Source: Myxococcota bacterium (GTDB taxonomy: Bacteria; Myxococcota_A; Polyangia; Nannocystales; Nannocystaceae). Taken from it: a stretch of DNA of 40,342 nt. A program made the translations under genes and the position numbers. The stretch is taken from positions 1-40,342 of the forward strand of contig JBCCHT010000067.1 of NCBI GenBank assembly GCA_039028615.1, written 5' to 3'. Shown piece after piece: positions 11,590 through 20,431 of the stretch; the stretch's first letter is position 1; each line of letters starts with the position of its first letter. The notes beneath the pieces are model-generated. The model saw nothing but the letters and a program-made list of their open reading frames with translations. It was not told the DNA's origin and did no database searches.

Positions 11590-11605
11590 AGCAACAATCG
11601 CGCCA
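11590..11605 (-). promoter_or_regulatory. Sigma54 (-24/-12) promoter
   Basis: Minus strand reads TGGCGC-GATTG-TTGCT versus consensus TGGCAC-N5-TTGCW, with exact GG-N10-GC spacing, 16 nt upstream of ATG 11573. Confidence 0.75.
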
Positions 11606-11668
11606 GGAGGGACATCCCCCCGTTTTCATGCGGTTGAGCCCTGTGCCAAGGAGCCTACGACGTCCGAA

Positions 11669-11703
11669 TGTCACCGTGTCGAGTAGGTCGTGACAACTTG
11701 TCA
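11669..11703. promoter_or_regulatory. Candidate enhancer (EBP-binding) site cluster
   Basis: TGTCA (11669), TGTC (11677) and the inverted repeat TGACA-ACT-TGTCA (11691-11703), about 90-125 bp upstream of the predicted sigma54 start site. Confidence 0.45.
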
Positions 11704-11826
11704 GCGGCCCCGCCCGCCCCGCATTGAAGCGCCCTGCGGCCCGGTGCGGACATGGCGGCGGCCGCGGGACGCGTCCCCGGAGACGGCACCTCGACACCAA
11801 GGTTTCCCTGACACGGCCCGGCGGAG

Positions 11827-12993
11827 TCAGACGCGCTCGGGCGGGACCAACCCGAGCCCGGCGAGGAAGCGGCCGAGCTCGCGGTGATAGTCGGTCCGAT
11901 ACACCTGCAGGATGTGGCCGCCCGAGAACGAGTAGCGTCGCGGCTGACCCCAGTGGTTCCACAGCAGATCGGTGTGCGGCGCGGTGACCAGCGCGTCGCC
12001 CTCGGCCTCGATCAGGAAGCGACCGCGCCACGGCACCTTGGGCTCGTAGCTCAGCGGGCAGTGCAGCGACCACGCCTTGGTGAAGCGCTCGCGGGTCATG
12101 CCCATGTCCTCGATGGACTGCAGCACGGGGTCGCCTTGGCCCGCCGCCCAGAACAGATCGGCGAGCGAGGCGGGCGGCAGCACGGGCACCGCAAAGTCGA
12201 GCGTGTCTTCGAGCGAGGCGAGCAACGCGGTGGTGTAGCCGCCGAGGCTCGAGCCCATCATGCCCAGCGGCGCCGGGTTGCGGGCCTTGATCCAGCGCAG
12301 CGCAGAGCGCAGCTCTCGGACCTTTTGGATGAAGGCCTCGTTGGTGCGCATGAGGTTGGGCGACGGATGCAGCTCCCCCGAAAAACGCGTCCCCGAGGGC
12401 CTACGCAGCCAGTGAAAGGGCATGACGTAGAAGTAGACGTCGAGGCCCAACTGGCGGAACAGGTACGGAATGCCGAACTCTTGCTCGTGAATTTGTTTGT
12501 TGCCGACGCCCCACCCGTGGGTGACGAGGATCGAGCCGCGGGCGGGTCGAGCGTGCGTCCACGAGAACAGGTGCACGGTGTCGAGCTTGTCGTAGCGACG
12601 ATACTCGGCGGCGTAGAGCCGATGCACCGGGCGGTAGGGCGTGTCGAAGACGAGGTGCGAGTGCATCCCGCCCCGCACCGCGCGACGCCACCGCGAGGTC
12701 ACGTGCGGCAAGCGAGGCGGCGGGGCCAGCAACCGATCGGGATCGGCGAGGACCTCGGGATCGGTGTAGATCCGCAACATCGCGAAGGCGCGCTCGAGCT
12801 CGCCGCGCGTCATGTAGGGGACGCCGCGGCGCAGGTAGAGCCCGCGCAGCACCCGGCGCGCGACATCGTCCCCGCGCCGGCCGAGCCAGGTCGCCACTCG
12901 CCGCCGCCGCCCGGACTTGGACTGGACCACGGCATCCTCCTGCCGGTCGAAGGCAGGACTCGAGGGCTCCAGGGTCGTTCCAAGCTCTGTCAT
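11827..12993 (-). CDS. Alpha/beta-hydrolase fold protein
   Basis: THGWG oxyanion segment, nucleophile elbow GSSLGG, candidate Asp (GDALV) and His (SGGHIL). Confidence 0.85.
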   Translation of the reverse strand: MTELGTTLEPSSPAFDRQEDAVVQSKSGRRRRVATWLGRRGDDVARRVLRGLYLRRGVPYMTRGELERAFAMLRIYTDPEVLADPDRLLAPPPRLPHVTSRWRRAVRGGMHSHLVFDTPYRPVHRLYAAEYRRYDKLDTVHLFSWTHARPARGSILVTHGWGVGNKQIHEQEFGIPYLFRQLGLDVYFYVMPFHWLRRPSGTRFSGELHPSPNLMRTNEAFIQKVRELRSALRWIKARNPAPLGMMGSSLGGYTTALLASLEDTLDFAVPVLPPASLADLFWAAGQGDPVLQSIEDMGMTRERFTKAWSLHCPLSYEPKVPWRGRFLIEAEGDALVTAPHTDLLWNHWGQPRRYSFSGGHILQVYRTDYHRELGRFLAGLGLVPPERV

Positions 12994-13163
12994 GCGGGTG
13001 AGAAAAAGACCGGACTGTAACCACTATAACTCATAGCGCAGCCGGCGGCTCGTCCTGGGACACCGAGATGTTCACATTCGCGGGCGTCGCTCGTCTGTAC
13101 GGAGGACGCCGTCCGTCCCTCGTGCGTCGTGGAAACGGCGGTTCGCGTGCTAGATACGGGCCG

Positions 13164-14252
13164 ATGCGTGCCCTCTTCGCTCGCCCGATCCTCGCTTTGT
13201 TCGCTGCGGCCGCCCTTGGTGCGTGTTCGGCCGAGTCCGAAAAACCCGCCGGCCCCGCCACGGCCCGAGCCGCGGCGGACGGCCAGAACGGGCAAGGGAT
13301 CGCGGTCGCCTGCGAGAGCGACGAGGCCATCGACGCGCAGACGCGCTCCGAGCTCGAGACCACCGCCCGCAGCCTTCGCGCGCAGCTCAAGAGCGGACAG
13401 CTCGACGCCCTATGGAACGAGCTTCATCCGCAGGCGCGTCGCGAAGACCAGCGCGAGTCCTTCATGGAAGCGCTCAAGGCCATGGAGCGGCGGCTGTCCA
13501 CCACGGGCAACGAGACCAAGCTCGAACGCGTCCATCGGGTCGATCTCAGCGGCGGCATCAACAGCCTCGCGCGGGCGACCTGCGGGGACGAGGGCGACAA
13601 GGGCACCACGCTGCTGGTCAACGCGGGCAGTGAAGACGTCGGGGTGGTGATCCTGCTCGACGACGCGGGCTCCTCCCAGTTCGCCACCACCGTCTCGCTG
13701 CGGCGCCGCGGCAACAAGTGGCGACTGCTCGGCATCCAGGTCAACCCCAGCGAGTACCGGGGCGGGAACGCGGCCACCTACGAGCGCATGGCCGACAACT
13801 TCATGCGCCAGCAAAAGGTCGTGACCAGCTACCTGCTGCTCGGGTTGGCTCAGACCCTCAGCGACCGCGGGGCGGCCGTGAAATCGGGGCTGCACGATCG
13901 CATCGAGCAGAAGCTCGCCGCGATCCAGCGCGACCAGCTGTTTGCCGCGGAGACGGGCACGTGGACCATCGGCGCCGCCCGATTCCAGATCCAGGGCCTG
14001 TCGCTCGTGGCGACGCAGCAGGAAATCTCGCCGGTCATCAAGTACGTGAGTCCGCAGGGCCTGGTGCAGGATCTGCTCGATCGCGACGCCGATCTGCTGG
14101 TGGAAGAAGTCCGACGGCGTTTCCCCGACCTGCCCAAGCACTTCGAGACCGTGGTGTTCGAGGCCTACGCCGACATGCCCAACCAGCCGGGGGCCAGCTA
14201 CCAGGCCTACCGGGTCGTGCGATACTTCGATCCCGCCAAGCGGCGGGGTTGA
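13164..14252 (+). CDS. Hypothetical lipoprotein
   Basis: ATG 13164 gives MRALFARPILALFAAAALGA|C (lipobox); natural composition and strong GC3 bias; no recognised domain. Confidence 0.75.
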   Translation: MRALFARPILALFAAAALGACSAESEKPAGPATARAAADGQNGQGIAVACESDEAIDAQTRSELETTARSLRAQLKSGQLDALWNELHPQARREDQRESFMEALKAMERRLSTTGNETKLERVHRVDLSGGINSLARATCGDEGDKGTTLLVNAGSEDVGVVILLDDAGSSQFATTVSLRRRGNKWRLLGIQVNPSEYRGGNAATYERMADNFMRQQKVVTSYLLLGLAQTLSDRGAAVKSGLHDRIEQKLAAIQRDQLFAAETGTWTIGAARFQIQGLSLVATQQEISPVIKYVSPQGLVQDLLDRDADLLVEEVRRRFPDLPKHFETVVFEAYADMPNQPGASYQAYRVVRYFDPAKRRG

Positions 14253-14265
14253 AGCGGAGCACCAC

Positions 14266-15582
14266 GTGAAGTTCGGCATCGGGCATACGAGTTCAACGCG
14301 GCGAGTGGCCCTACTCGCCAGCCTGCTGCCCACGCTGGGGTGCTTCACCGATCCCCCCGAGGCGATGAGCGGTGGGGGCGACGCGAGCGCGACGACGCCG
14401 GGCAGCGGAGCGAGCTCGGCCGGCAGCGCCACCGACTCCACTCCGCCTACCACTTCGGACACCGACGGCACCGCTCCCACCGCGGACGAGACGGTCACGC
14501 CCGATCCCACCGAGGGCCCCGAGCCCGGTCAGTGCGGCGACGGTGAGGTCGTGCCGGGGCAGCTGTGCTTCGACGAGCCCTCGGTGACCATGGCCAACGA
14601 CGCGGCCTCGTCGGCGCGGCTGGGCGCGGTCACGGGCACCTCGGAGATCGACCTCGTGTATCTCATTCCCACGCAGGTGGTCGTGCACGCGGGCGATGGC
14701 GCGGGCAACTGGGCGCGACCGATCTTCGACGCCTCGGTCATGGCGGGACGCTTCGAGCTGGCCGACCTCGACGGCGACGACGAGCTCGACCTCGCCCTGC
14801 TGGAAGCTGGCGGCCAGGTGAGCGTGTTGCTCGGCAGCGGGCTCGGCTCGTTTGCCGCCCGCGGCTCGGCCACGGTGGACACCGACGCGCGCGCGCTGGC
14901 CCTGGGCGATCTCGACGGCGACGGCGATCCCGATCTGGTGGTCGGCACGGGGGCCTCGGGGCTGCTGTACGCGATGCTCACGGGCAGCGACGGCTCGTTG
15001 CTGCAGCTGCCCGGGCTGCCCGTCGGCGGTGCGGTCACGGGCATCGCGACCGCGGACTTCGACGGCGACACCAACCTCGATGTCGCGCTGTCGCTGGGCG
15101 GCACCGCGTCCGCGACCTGGCTCGCGATGGGCACGGGCGACGGTGGGCTGATGCCACTGCAAGCGATCTCGAGCTTGGCCCCCGACGGCAACGACATCGC
15201 TGCGGGCGACTTCGATGGCGATGGCAATCTCGACCTGGCCTATGTCACCGACGGACCGCCTTCGCTGGTCGTGCAGCGCGGCGACGGTGCGGGAGGGTTC
15301 GATGCCGAGGTCACGATCGCGACGGGAGACTCGCCGCAGGTCGTGCTCGCCGCAGACCTGTCCGACGATGGCCGCGACGAGCTGGTCGTGGGCCACGGGG
15401 ACCGCCAGGGTCTGCGGATCTTCCAGCACGACGGCACGCAGCTGCTTGAGGCGCTCGCCGTGCCGCTGGCGTCCACCGCCGACGACCTGGCCGTCGGTGA
15501 CGTCAACGAAGACGGGATGCACGACATCGTGGTGACCTCCTCGGGCGCGCAGCTGGTGACCACGATCCTGTCGATGCCCTAG
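14266..15582 (+). CDS. FG-GAP/VCBS repeat (integrin-like beta-propeller) lipoprotein
   Basis: GGAG SD; TLG|C lipobox; Ser/Thr/Pro linker; CGDGEVVPGQLCF Cys motif; repeated (A/G)D(L/F/V)xxDGxxD(L/V/I) units. Confidence 0.85.
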   Translation: MKFGIGHTSSTRRVALLASLLPTLGCFTDPPEAMSGGGDASATTPGSGASSAGSATDSTPPTTSDTDGTAPTADETVTPDPTEGPEPGQCGDGEVVPGQLCFDEPSVTMANDAASSARLGAVTGTSEIDLVYLIPTQVVVHAGDGAGNWARPIFDASVMAGRFELADLDGDDELDLALLEAGGQVSVLLGSGLGSFAARGSATVDTDARALALGDLDGDGDPDLVVGTGASGLLYAMLTGSDGSLLQLPGLPVGGAVTGIATADFDGDTNLDVALSLGGTASATWLAMGTGDGGLMPLQAISSLAPDGNDIAAGDFDGDGNLDLAYVTDGPPSLVVQRGDGAGGFDAEVTIATGDSPQVVLAADLSDDGRDELVVGHGDRQGLRIFQHDGTQLLEALAVPLASTADDLAVGDVNEDGMHDIVVTSSGAQLVTTILSMP

Positions 15583-15666
15583 CGCGCGAGGTCTTCGCCC
15601 AAGGCCGCCAGCGCCAGCGCCACCTGGCGTTCGTGCTCGGCCTCTTGATAAAGATCAGTGAGCAGC

Positions 15667-17427
15667 ATGGAACGTGGAGACCGCATCGGCCCCTGGATCA
15701 TCGAAGACCGGCTCGGCGGCGGGGGCTCGGCCACGACCTACCGGGCCCACCGCGAAGGCGAGGAGCGCCGGGTCGCGCTCAAGTGCTTCCAGATCTCGGG
15801 GGCGGAATCGTGGAAGGCCTTCGAGCTGTTCGAGCGCGAGGCCGAGACCCTGCGCTCGCTCGACAACCCGGCCATTCCGCGCTTCATCGACGCGTTCGTC
15901 CACGAGGACACGAGCTTTCACATCGTCCAGGAGCTCGTGGAGGCGCCCTCGCTGCGCGACCTCATCGAGCGAGGGCACCGCTGGTCGCGGGAGCAGCTGG
16001 TCGACGTCGCGCAACAGGTGCTCGCGATCTTGGGCTGGCTGCACGACCTGGCGCCGCCCGTGGTGCACCGCGACATCAAGCCGTCGAACCTGCTGCGCGG
16101 GGACGATGGCCGCGTCCATCTCATCGACTTCGGTGCGGTGCAGCAGCGACTGAACCTGCGCCCCGAGGGTGGCTCCACCGTCGTGGGCACGCACGGCTAC
16201 ATGGCGCCCGAGCAGCTGATGGGGCGGGCCTCGCCGGCCTCCGACCTGTACGGGCTGGGCACGACGCTGGTGCACCTGGCCTCGGGACACCACCCCGCCG
16301 ATCTGCCCGCGCGCGGCCTCGAGCTCGACTTCGACGCGGTCGTCAGCCTGCCCGAGCCGATGCGGGCCTGGCTGAGGAAGATGTGTGCCGCCGACCCGAT
16401 GCAGCGGTTCTCGAGCGCGGCGCAGGCCAAGGCCGCGCTCGACCAAGCCCTGGCTCCGCCCGCTCCCCTCCCCGTGCGAGCGCCTCCGGTTCGTCCGGCC
16501 CCGCGCAAGAAGGCCCCGAACGTCGCGGTCTTCGTCGCGATCGGTGGTGCGCTCATGCTGGCGATCTCAGTGCTCACGCTGATCCTGGTGGCCGCGCCCG
16601 CCGAGCAGTCGGCGTCCTCCGACGACGAGCCGGCGGCGGTGGAGCCCGCCGCTCCCCGCCCCGTGGCCCGGCACTCGGACGTGTTCGTCGAGCTGCAGGG
16701 CGAGGTCGCCGAACACCCACAGATCGGGTTCGAGGTCCGCAAGATCATCCTTCGCCGCGCCGAGCCGGGCTTTCCCCAGAGCAGCCTCCACATCGCGGGC
16801 GTCGTGTTGAACAACGGCACACAGACGCTGCGCCGCGTCCGGGCGCGCCTGGACCTGCGGGCCTTCAACCGTCAGACCAGCCTGCGATGGACTCAAGTGG
16901 ACATGCCCAACGTCTCGCTCGACCCGGGCGAGCGGCGGTTCGTGCAGGCGCGGTTCCACGACGTCCCCAACCGCATCGAACGCGTGGAGATGTCGTTTGC
17001 GACCGAAACGCTCGAGGACGTGCCCCCGCCACCCGATCCCACGCCCGTGGCGTTCACCGAGGACGCGAAGCTCCCGGGCGATGTCTCGCTGGATCTCAGC
17101 CTGCGCCGCACGTGGCCCCCGACCTTCTTCGACGACCTGCGGGACTCGAACGCTCGACGGGTCGCCATCGGCTACGACAAGCGCGTGGTCTTCGACACCG
17201 ATCTGCGGGTCGAGGGCATGGAGCACCTCGACTGGCTCGAGCTGACGCCCAAGTGCAGGGGTGAAGACGGACAGGAACGAAAGCCGCACAACGATCGCGT
17301 GTTTCAGATCATTCCGCAGCTGCTCGGTCACCGCGCGGCCAGGGATGGCGACCTCAACTCGTTCCGCGTCTTGTGCCCCCTGGGCACCAACTCGGTGGAC
17401 TGGACGGTGACCACGGTCCGGCCCTAG
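15667..17427 (+). CDS. Hanks-type Ser/Thr protein kinase with TM and extracytoplasmic domain
   Basis: LGGGGSATTY, VALK, HRDIKPSN, DFG, GYMAPE; TM VAVFVAIGGALMLAISVLTLILVA. Alternative start GTG 15658. Confidence 0.92.
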   Translation: MERGDRIGPWIIEDRLGGGGSATTYRAHREGEERRVALKCFQISGAESWKAFELFEREAETLRSLDNPAIPRFIDAFVHEDTSFHIVQELVEAPSLRDLIERGHRWSREQLVDVAQQVLAILGWLHDLAPPVVHRDIKPSNLLRGDDGRVHLIDFGAVQQRLNLRPEGGSTVVGTHGYMAPEQLMGRASPASDLYGLGTTLVHLASGHHPADLPARGLELDFDAVVSLPEPMRAWLRKMCAADPMQRFSSAAQAKAALDQALAPPAPLPVRAPPVRPAPRKKAPNVAVFVAIGGALMLAISVLTLILVAAPAEQSASSDDEPAAVEPAAPRPVARHSDVFVELQGEVAEHPQIGFEVRKIILRRAEPGFPQSSLHIAGVVLNNGTQTLRRVRARLDLRAFNRQTSLRWTQVDMPNVSLDPGERRFVQARFHDVPNRIERVEMSFATETLEDVPPPPDPTPVAFTEDAKLPGDVSLDLSLRRTWPPTFFDDLRDSNARRVAIGYDKRVVFDTDLRVEGMEHLDWLELTPKCRGEDGQERKPHNDRVFQIIPQLLGHRAARDGDLNSFRVLCPLGTNSVDWTVTTVRP

Positions 17428-17505
17428 ACGGGCCGACCCACGTGCATACCGGCCGACGCGCCCGTGCGGCGCGGTGATAGCCTCGGGAGGTCTGGAACGA
17501 TAGCC

Positions 17506-20424
17506 ATGCCGCCCGACCTTCATGATGCAGTCGCGGGTGAGCGACGGGACTCCGAGGTCGACCCGACCTTGCACCTCGTCCGCGAAGCAGACCAACTCTA
17601 CATCCCGGTCACGTGTCACGGCGTGACCCTGAACTTCGGCTCCGACGGCAGCGGCTCGCTGTCCCCCACCGACGGCGTGCGAGGCACGGTGGTCTTTCAC
17701 CTCGGGCCGCAGGCGCTGCTCGAGGAGGTGGTCGCCGAACAGGTCGACGGCATCGCGACCGCCGAGCAACCGACGCGAACCTGCCTGTCGGCAGACAGCC
17801 GCATCGTGGTCGACCTTCGGCCGCAGCAGCGCGGGCGCGAGACCACGGGCGTGCCGTGCACGGTGGCCGGGCTGCAGTCGTTGCTCCGCCGCGCCGACAT
17901 GCGCACGCTGCCCTTGGCCACCACGGGCCTGCCGTTCGCCTCGCGGCGCGCCTCCCCCCAACAAACCGAGCTGGAAGTGCCCTGGGGGCTGTTCGTCACC
18001 CCCGAAGACACCACGCGTCGCGACTGCCCGGACGAGGTCGGCACCGGCTCGCTGGAGCCCGTGTGGCAGCTACGGCTGACGTCGAGCGGCGACGAAGGTC
18101 CGGCCATTCGCTTCCACGGTTCGCGCGACTACGACACGGACGACAACGAGAGCAACCTCGACCGCACCGCGCTGCCGGCCGATTCCGAAGACGACGATCC
18201 AGAGTGGATCGACGCGACGCTCAGTCCGCTCAACCGCCGCCATCTCGTGCGTCGCACGAGCGACCGCTCCGGTCGCGAAGGTTGGCCCGTCAGCTCGGCC
18301 GTGCCCATCGAGCTTGCCGAGCTCGCCCTCAGCCCGCACGGGGCCTGGCTCGACGTCGATCGAGCGTTTCCTTCGGGCGTCGAGGGCGGCATCGGGCTCG
18401 CGCACTGGCGCCATCGAGCGACGGCCGGGCGGGACCACAGCATTCGCATCCTGGACGAGGGTTACCTGTTTCCTCTGGGCCACCAGGCGGCTCGACTCAC
18501 GGTGGCCGAGCGCCGGGTGATGCTCGACGCCCAGCACGACAACGCGGGCGTGGCCGTGCTGCCCGAGCGGGAGACCATCCTCGTCCGCCAGCCCGTGCGG
18601 CGCTTCGAGGCCGACGAGCATCGGCACCTGCCCTTCGTCGAGATTCGGCTGCTCGACCATCAGAGCCCGCTGCTCGACCAGGACGCCGACAATGCGATCG
18701 GCGGGTCGATCGGGGCCCACGCGACCTGGCCGACCTCCGGCGGCGACAAGGTCCGGTTCCGCGTCGAGGCGGTCGACCATCGCGGGCGGGTGCATCGCTT
18801 CTCGATCCCGCTCGTGTTCGTCACCGCGTCTGCGCTCGATCCCGAGGAGCAGGACGTACGGACCAACCTCGACGACCTGCTGTCCGCCTACGAGGCTGCG
18901 ACCGAGGACCGCCGCGTCTCGCGGGGCGGCGCCGATCTGGCGTTCATCCCCGGCTCGAAGGAAGAGCCCGACGACACCACCCTGGCCACCGCCTGGTTCG
19001 ACCTGTCGGCCTTCGTCGACCACGAGCAAGCCCTGCCCCGCTTCAACCCGCGATGGACCGGCGCGAGCGGCCGGCTCCCCGCACTGGAGCAGGTGCTCGG
19101 GATCTCGGACGACGTGGAGATCGAGCCCTGGGACGCCCCGGACGGCAAATCTTCGGATGTGTTTGCCAGGCTGGTCGGCGAGCTTCCAATCGAAGTGCCC
19201 AGCGAGCAGACCACAGGCCTGGCCACCATGGCGTTCACGCCCAGCGCCCTGGCCCGAGGCGCGGGGCCCATCGCCGATCCCGAAGGTTGGCATACCCGCA
19301 CCTTCCGCCCCGCGGAGCTCATTGGCGACGACCTGGTCATCTTCGGCGTCCTGCCGCTCTTGGAGCTGCTGCCAGACGAGCTGGAGATCAGCACCGACCC
19401 TCCGCACGACGACACCCGAGCCCCTCGCTTCCGCCCCAACCCCGGCATCATCTGGACCCCCGAGTTCGACGGCTGGGAAGGCGGCGGCTTCGCGTTCCGC
19501 CCCCTGCCCGCGAGTCACGACCGACGCGGCAAGCGAAACCACCGCTTCGCCGTCCTGCGCGACAACACCACGGGCGAGCAATCGGTAGAGGTCCGCTTCG
19601 TGGAGTTCGAGTTCGACCTCGGCGGCGCGCTCACCTTCGACTTCCACGACCTCGGCATCATCGTGAGCAACACCGAGGGGGTCGAGTTCTGCTTCACCCT
19701 CGAGGAGGTCATCTATCGCTCGGGCCTGAAGTGGTGGAACCGGCTGCGCCACGGCAGCGGCCTCCCGGTGGATTTCGACTTCACCGTCTGCGTCCACGAC
19801 GACCACGTGCTCTTCGAGGGCTGCGTCTCCACGCCGGATCTGGTGATGGGCGCGCTCAACCTGCGCAACATCCGGGCGTGCCTGGCCGTGTGGCTGCCCA
19901 TCGACCCCGGCCCGGTCGGCGTCCGCACTCGCATCGCCTCCAAGGCCAACCCCTTCACCGCCACCTTCGGGGGCTTCGGTGCCTTCGGGTGGCTGTCCTA
20001 CCAGGCGGAGACCGACGGCGCGACGGTCTTCGATGCGGGCATCGGCCTCACCTGGGAGAGCCCGTCCTGGTCGAGCCCCATCGCCTCGGGCGGCCTCGAG
20101 ATGCGGGCCGGCCTCGCCTGGGACATCCGCGACAACCCCGATGCCCCCGATCGCTGCCGCGTCACCGGTCTCGTGCACATCGAAGGCAGCTTCTCGCTCA
20201 TGGGCATCGCGGGCGCCAGCGGCTCGCTCGACGTCGAGGTCGGCCGCGACCCCGGCGAGTGCCAGATGTGGGCCCGCGGCGGCATCGACGTCTCCGTCAC
20301 CTTCTTCCTGACCTTCCCGCTGCCGACCATCCCGATCGACATCGACCTCCCCGGCAAGGACCCGCCCTTCAGCGAGGCGGTCCCCGAGGCGGCATGGCTC
20401 GAGCAGCAGGCCGCATTCGCGTAG
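17506..20424 (+). CDS. Giant hypothetical protein A (~972 aa) with beta-strand-rich C-terminus
   Basis: Long ORF with strong GC3 bias and natural composition; ATG 17506 follows a TG-A-TAGCCT extended -10-like box (alternative GTG 17464). Confidence 0.85.
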   Translation: MPPDLHDAVAGERRDSEVDPTLHLVREADQLYIPVTCHGVTLNFGSDGSGSLSPTDGVRGTVVFHLGPQALLEEVVAEQVDGIATAEQPTRTCLSADSRIVVDLRPQQRGRETTGVPCTVAGLQSLLRRADMRTLPLATTGLPFASRRASPQQTELEVPWGLFVTPEDTTRRDCPDEVGTGSLEPVWQLRLTSSGDEGPAIRFHGSRDYDTDDNESNLDRTALPADSEDDDPEWIDATLSPLNRRHLVRRTSDRSGREGWPVSSAVPIELAELALSPHGAWLDVDRAFPSGVEGGIGLAHWRHRATAGRDHSIRILDEGYLFPLGHQAARLTVAERRVMLDAQHDNAGVAVLPERETILVRQPVRRFEADEHRHLPFVEIRLLDHQSPLLDQDADNAIGGSIGAHATWPTSGGDKVRFRVEAVDHRGRVHRFSIPLVFVTASALDPEEQDVRTNLDDLLSAYEAATEDRRVSRGGADLAFIPGSKEEPDDTTLATAWFDLSAFVDHEQALPRFNPRWTGASGRLPALEQVLGISDDVEIEPWDAPDGKSSDVFARLVGELPIEVPSEQTTGLATMAFTPSALARGAGPIADPEGWHTRTFRPAELIGDDLVIFGVLPLLELLPDELEISTDPPHDDTRAPRFRPNPGIIWTPEFDGWEGGGFAFRPLPASHDRRGKRNHRFAVLRDNTTGEQSVEVRFVEFEFDLGGALTFDFHDLGIIVSNTEGVEFCFTLEEVIYRSGLKWWNRLRHGSGLPVDFDFTVCVHDDHVLFEGCVSTPDLVMGALNLRNIRACLAVWLPIDPGPVGVRTRIASKANPFTATFGGFGAFGWLSYQAETDGATVFDAGIGLTWESPSWSSPIASGGLEMRAGLAWDIRDNPDAPDRCRVTGLVHIEGSFSLMGIAGASGSLDVEVGRDPGECQMWARGGIDVSVTFFLTFPLPTIPIDIDLPGKDPPFSEAVPEAAWLEQQAAFA

Positions 20425-20431
20425 GAACACC

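Noticed and set aside
11633..11649. Second TTGGCAC (-24-like) box upstream of the regulator on the minus strand
   Set aside because: No GC at the -12 position (reads TGGCACAGGGCTCAAC), so it is not a valid sigma54 promoter.
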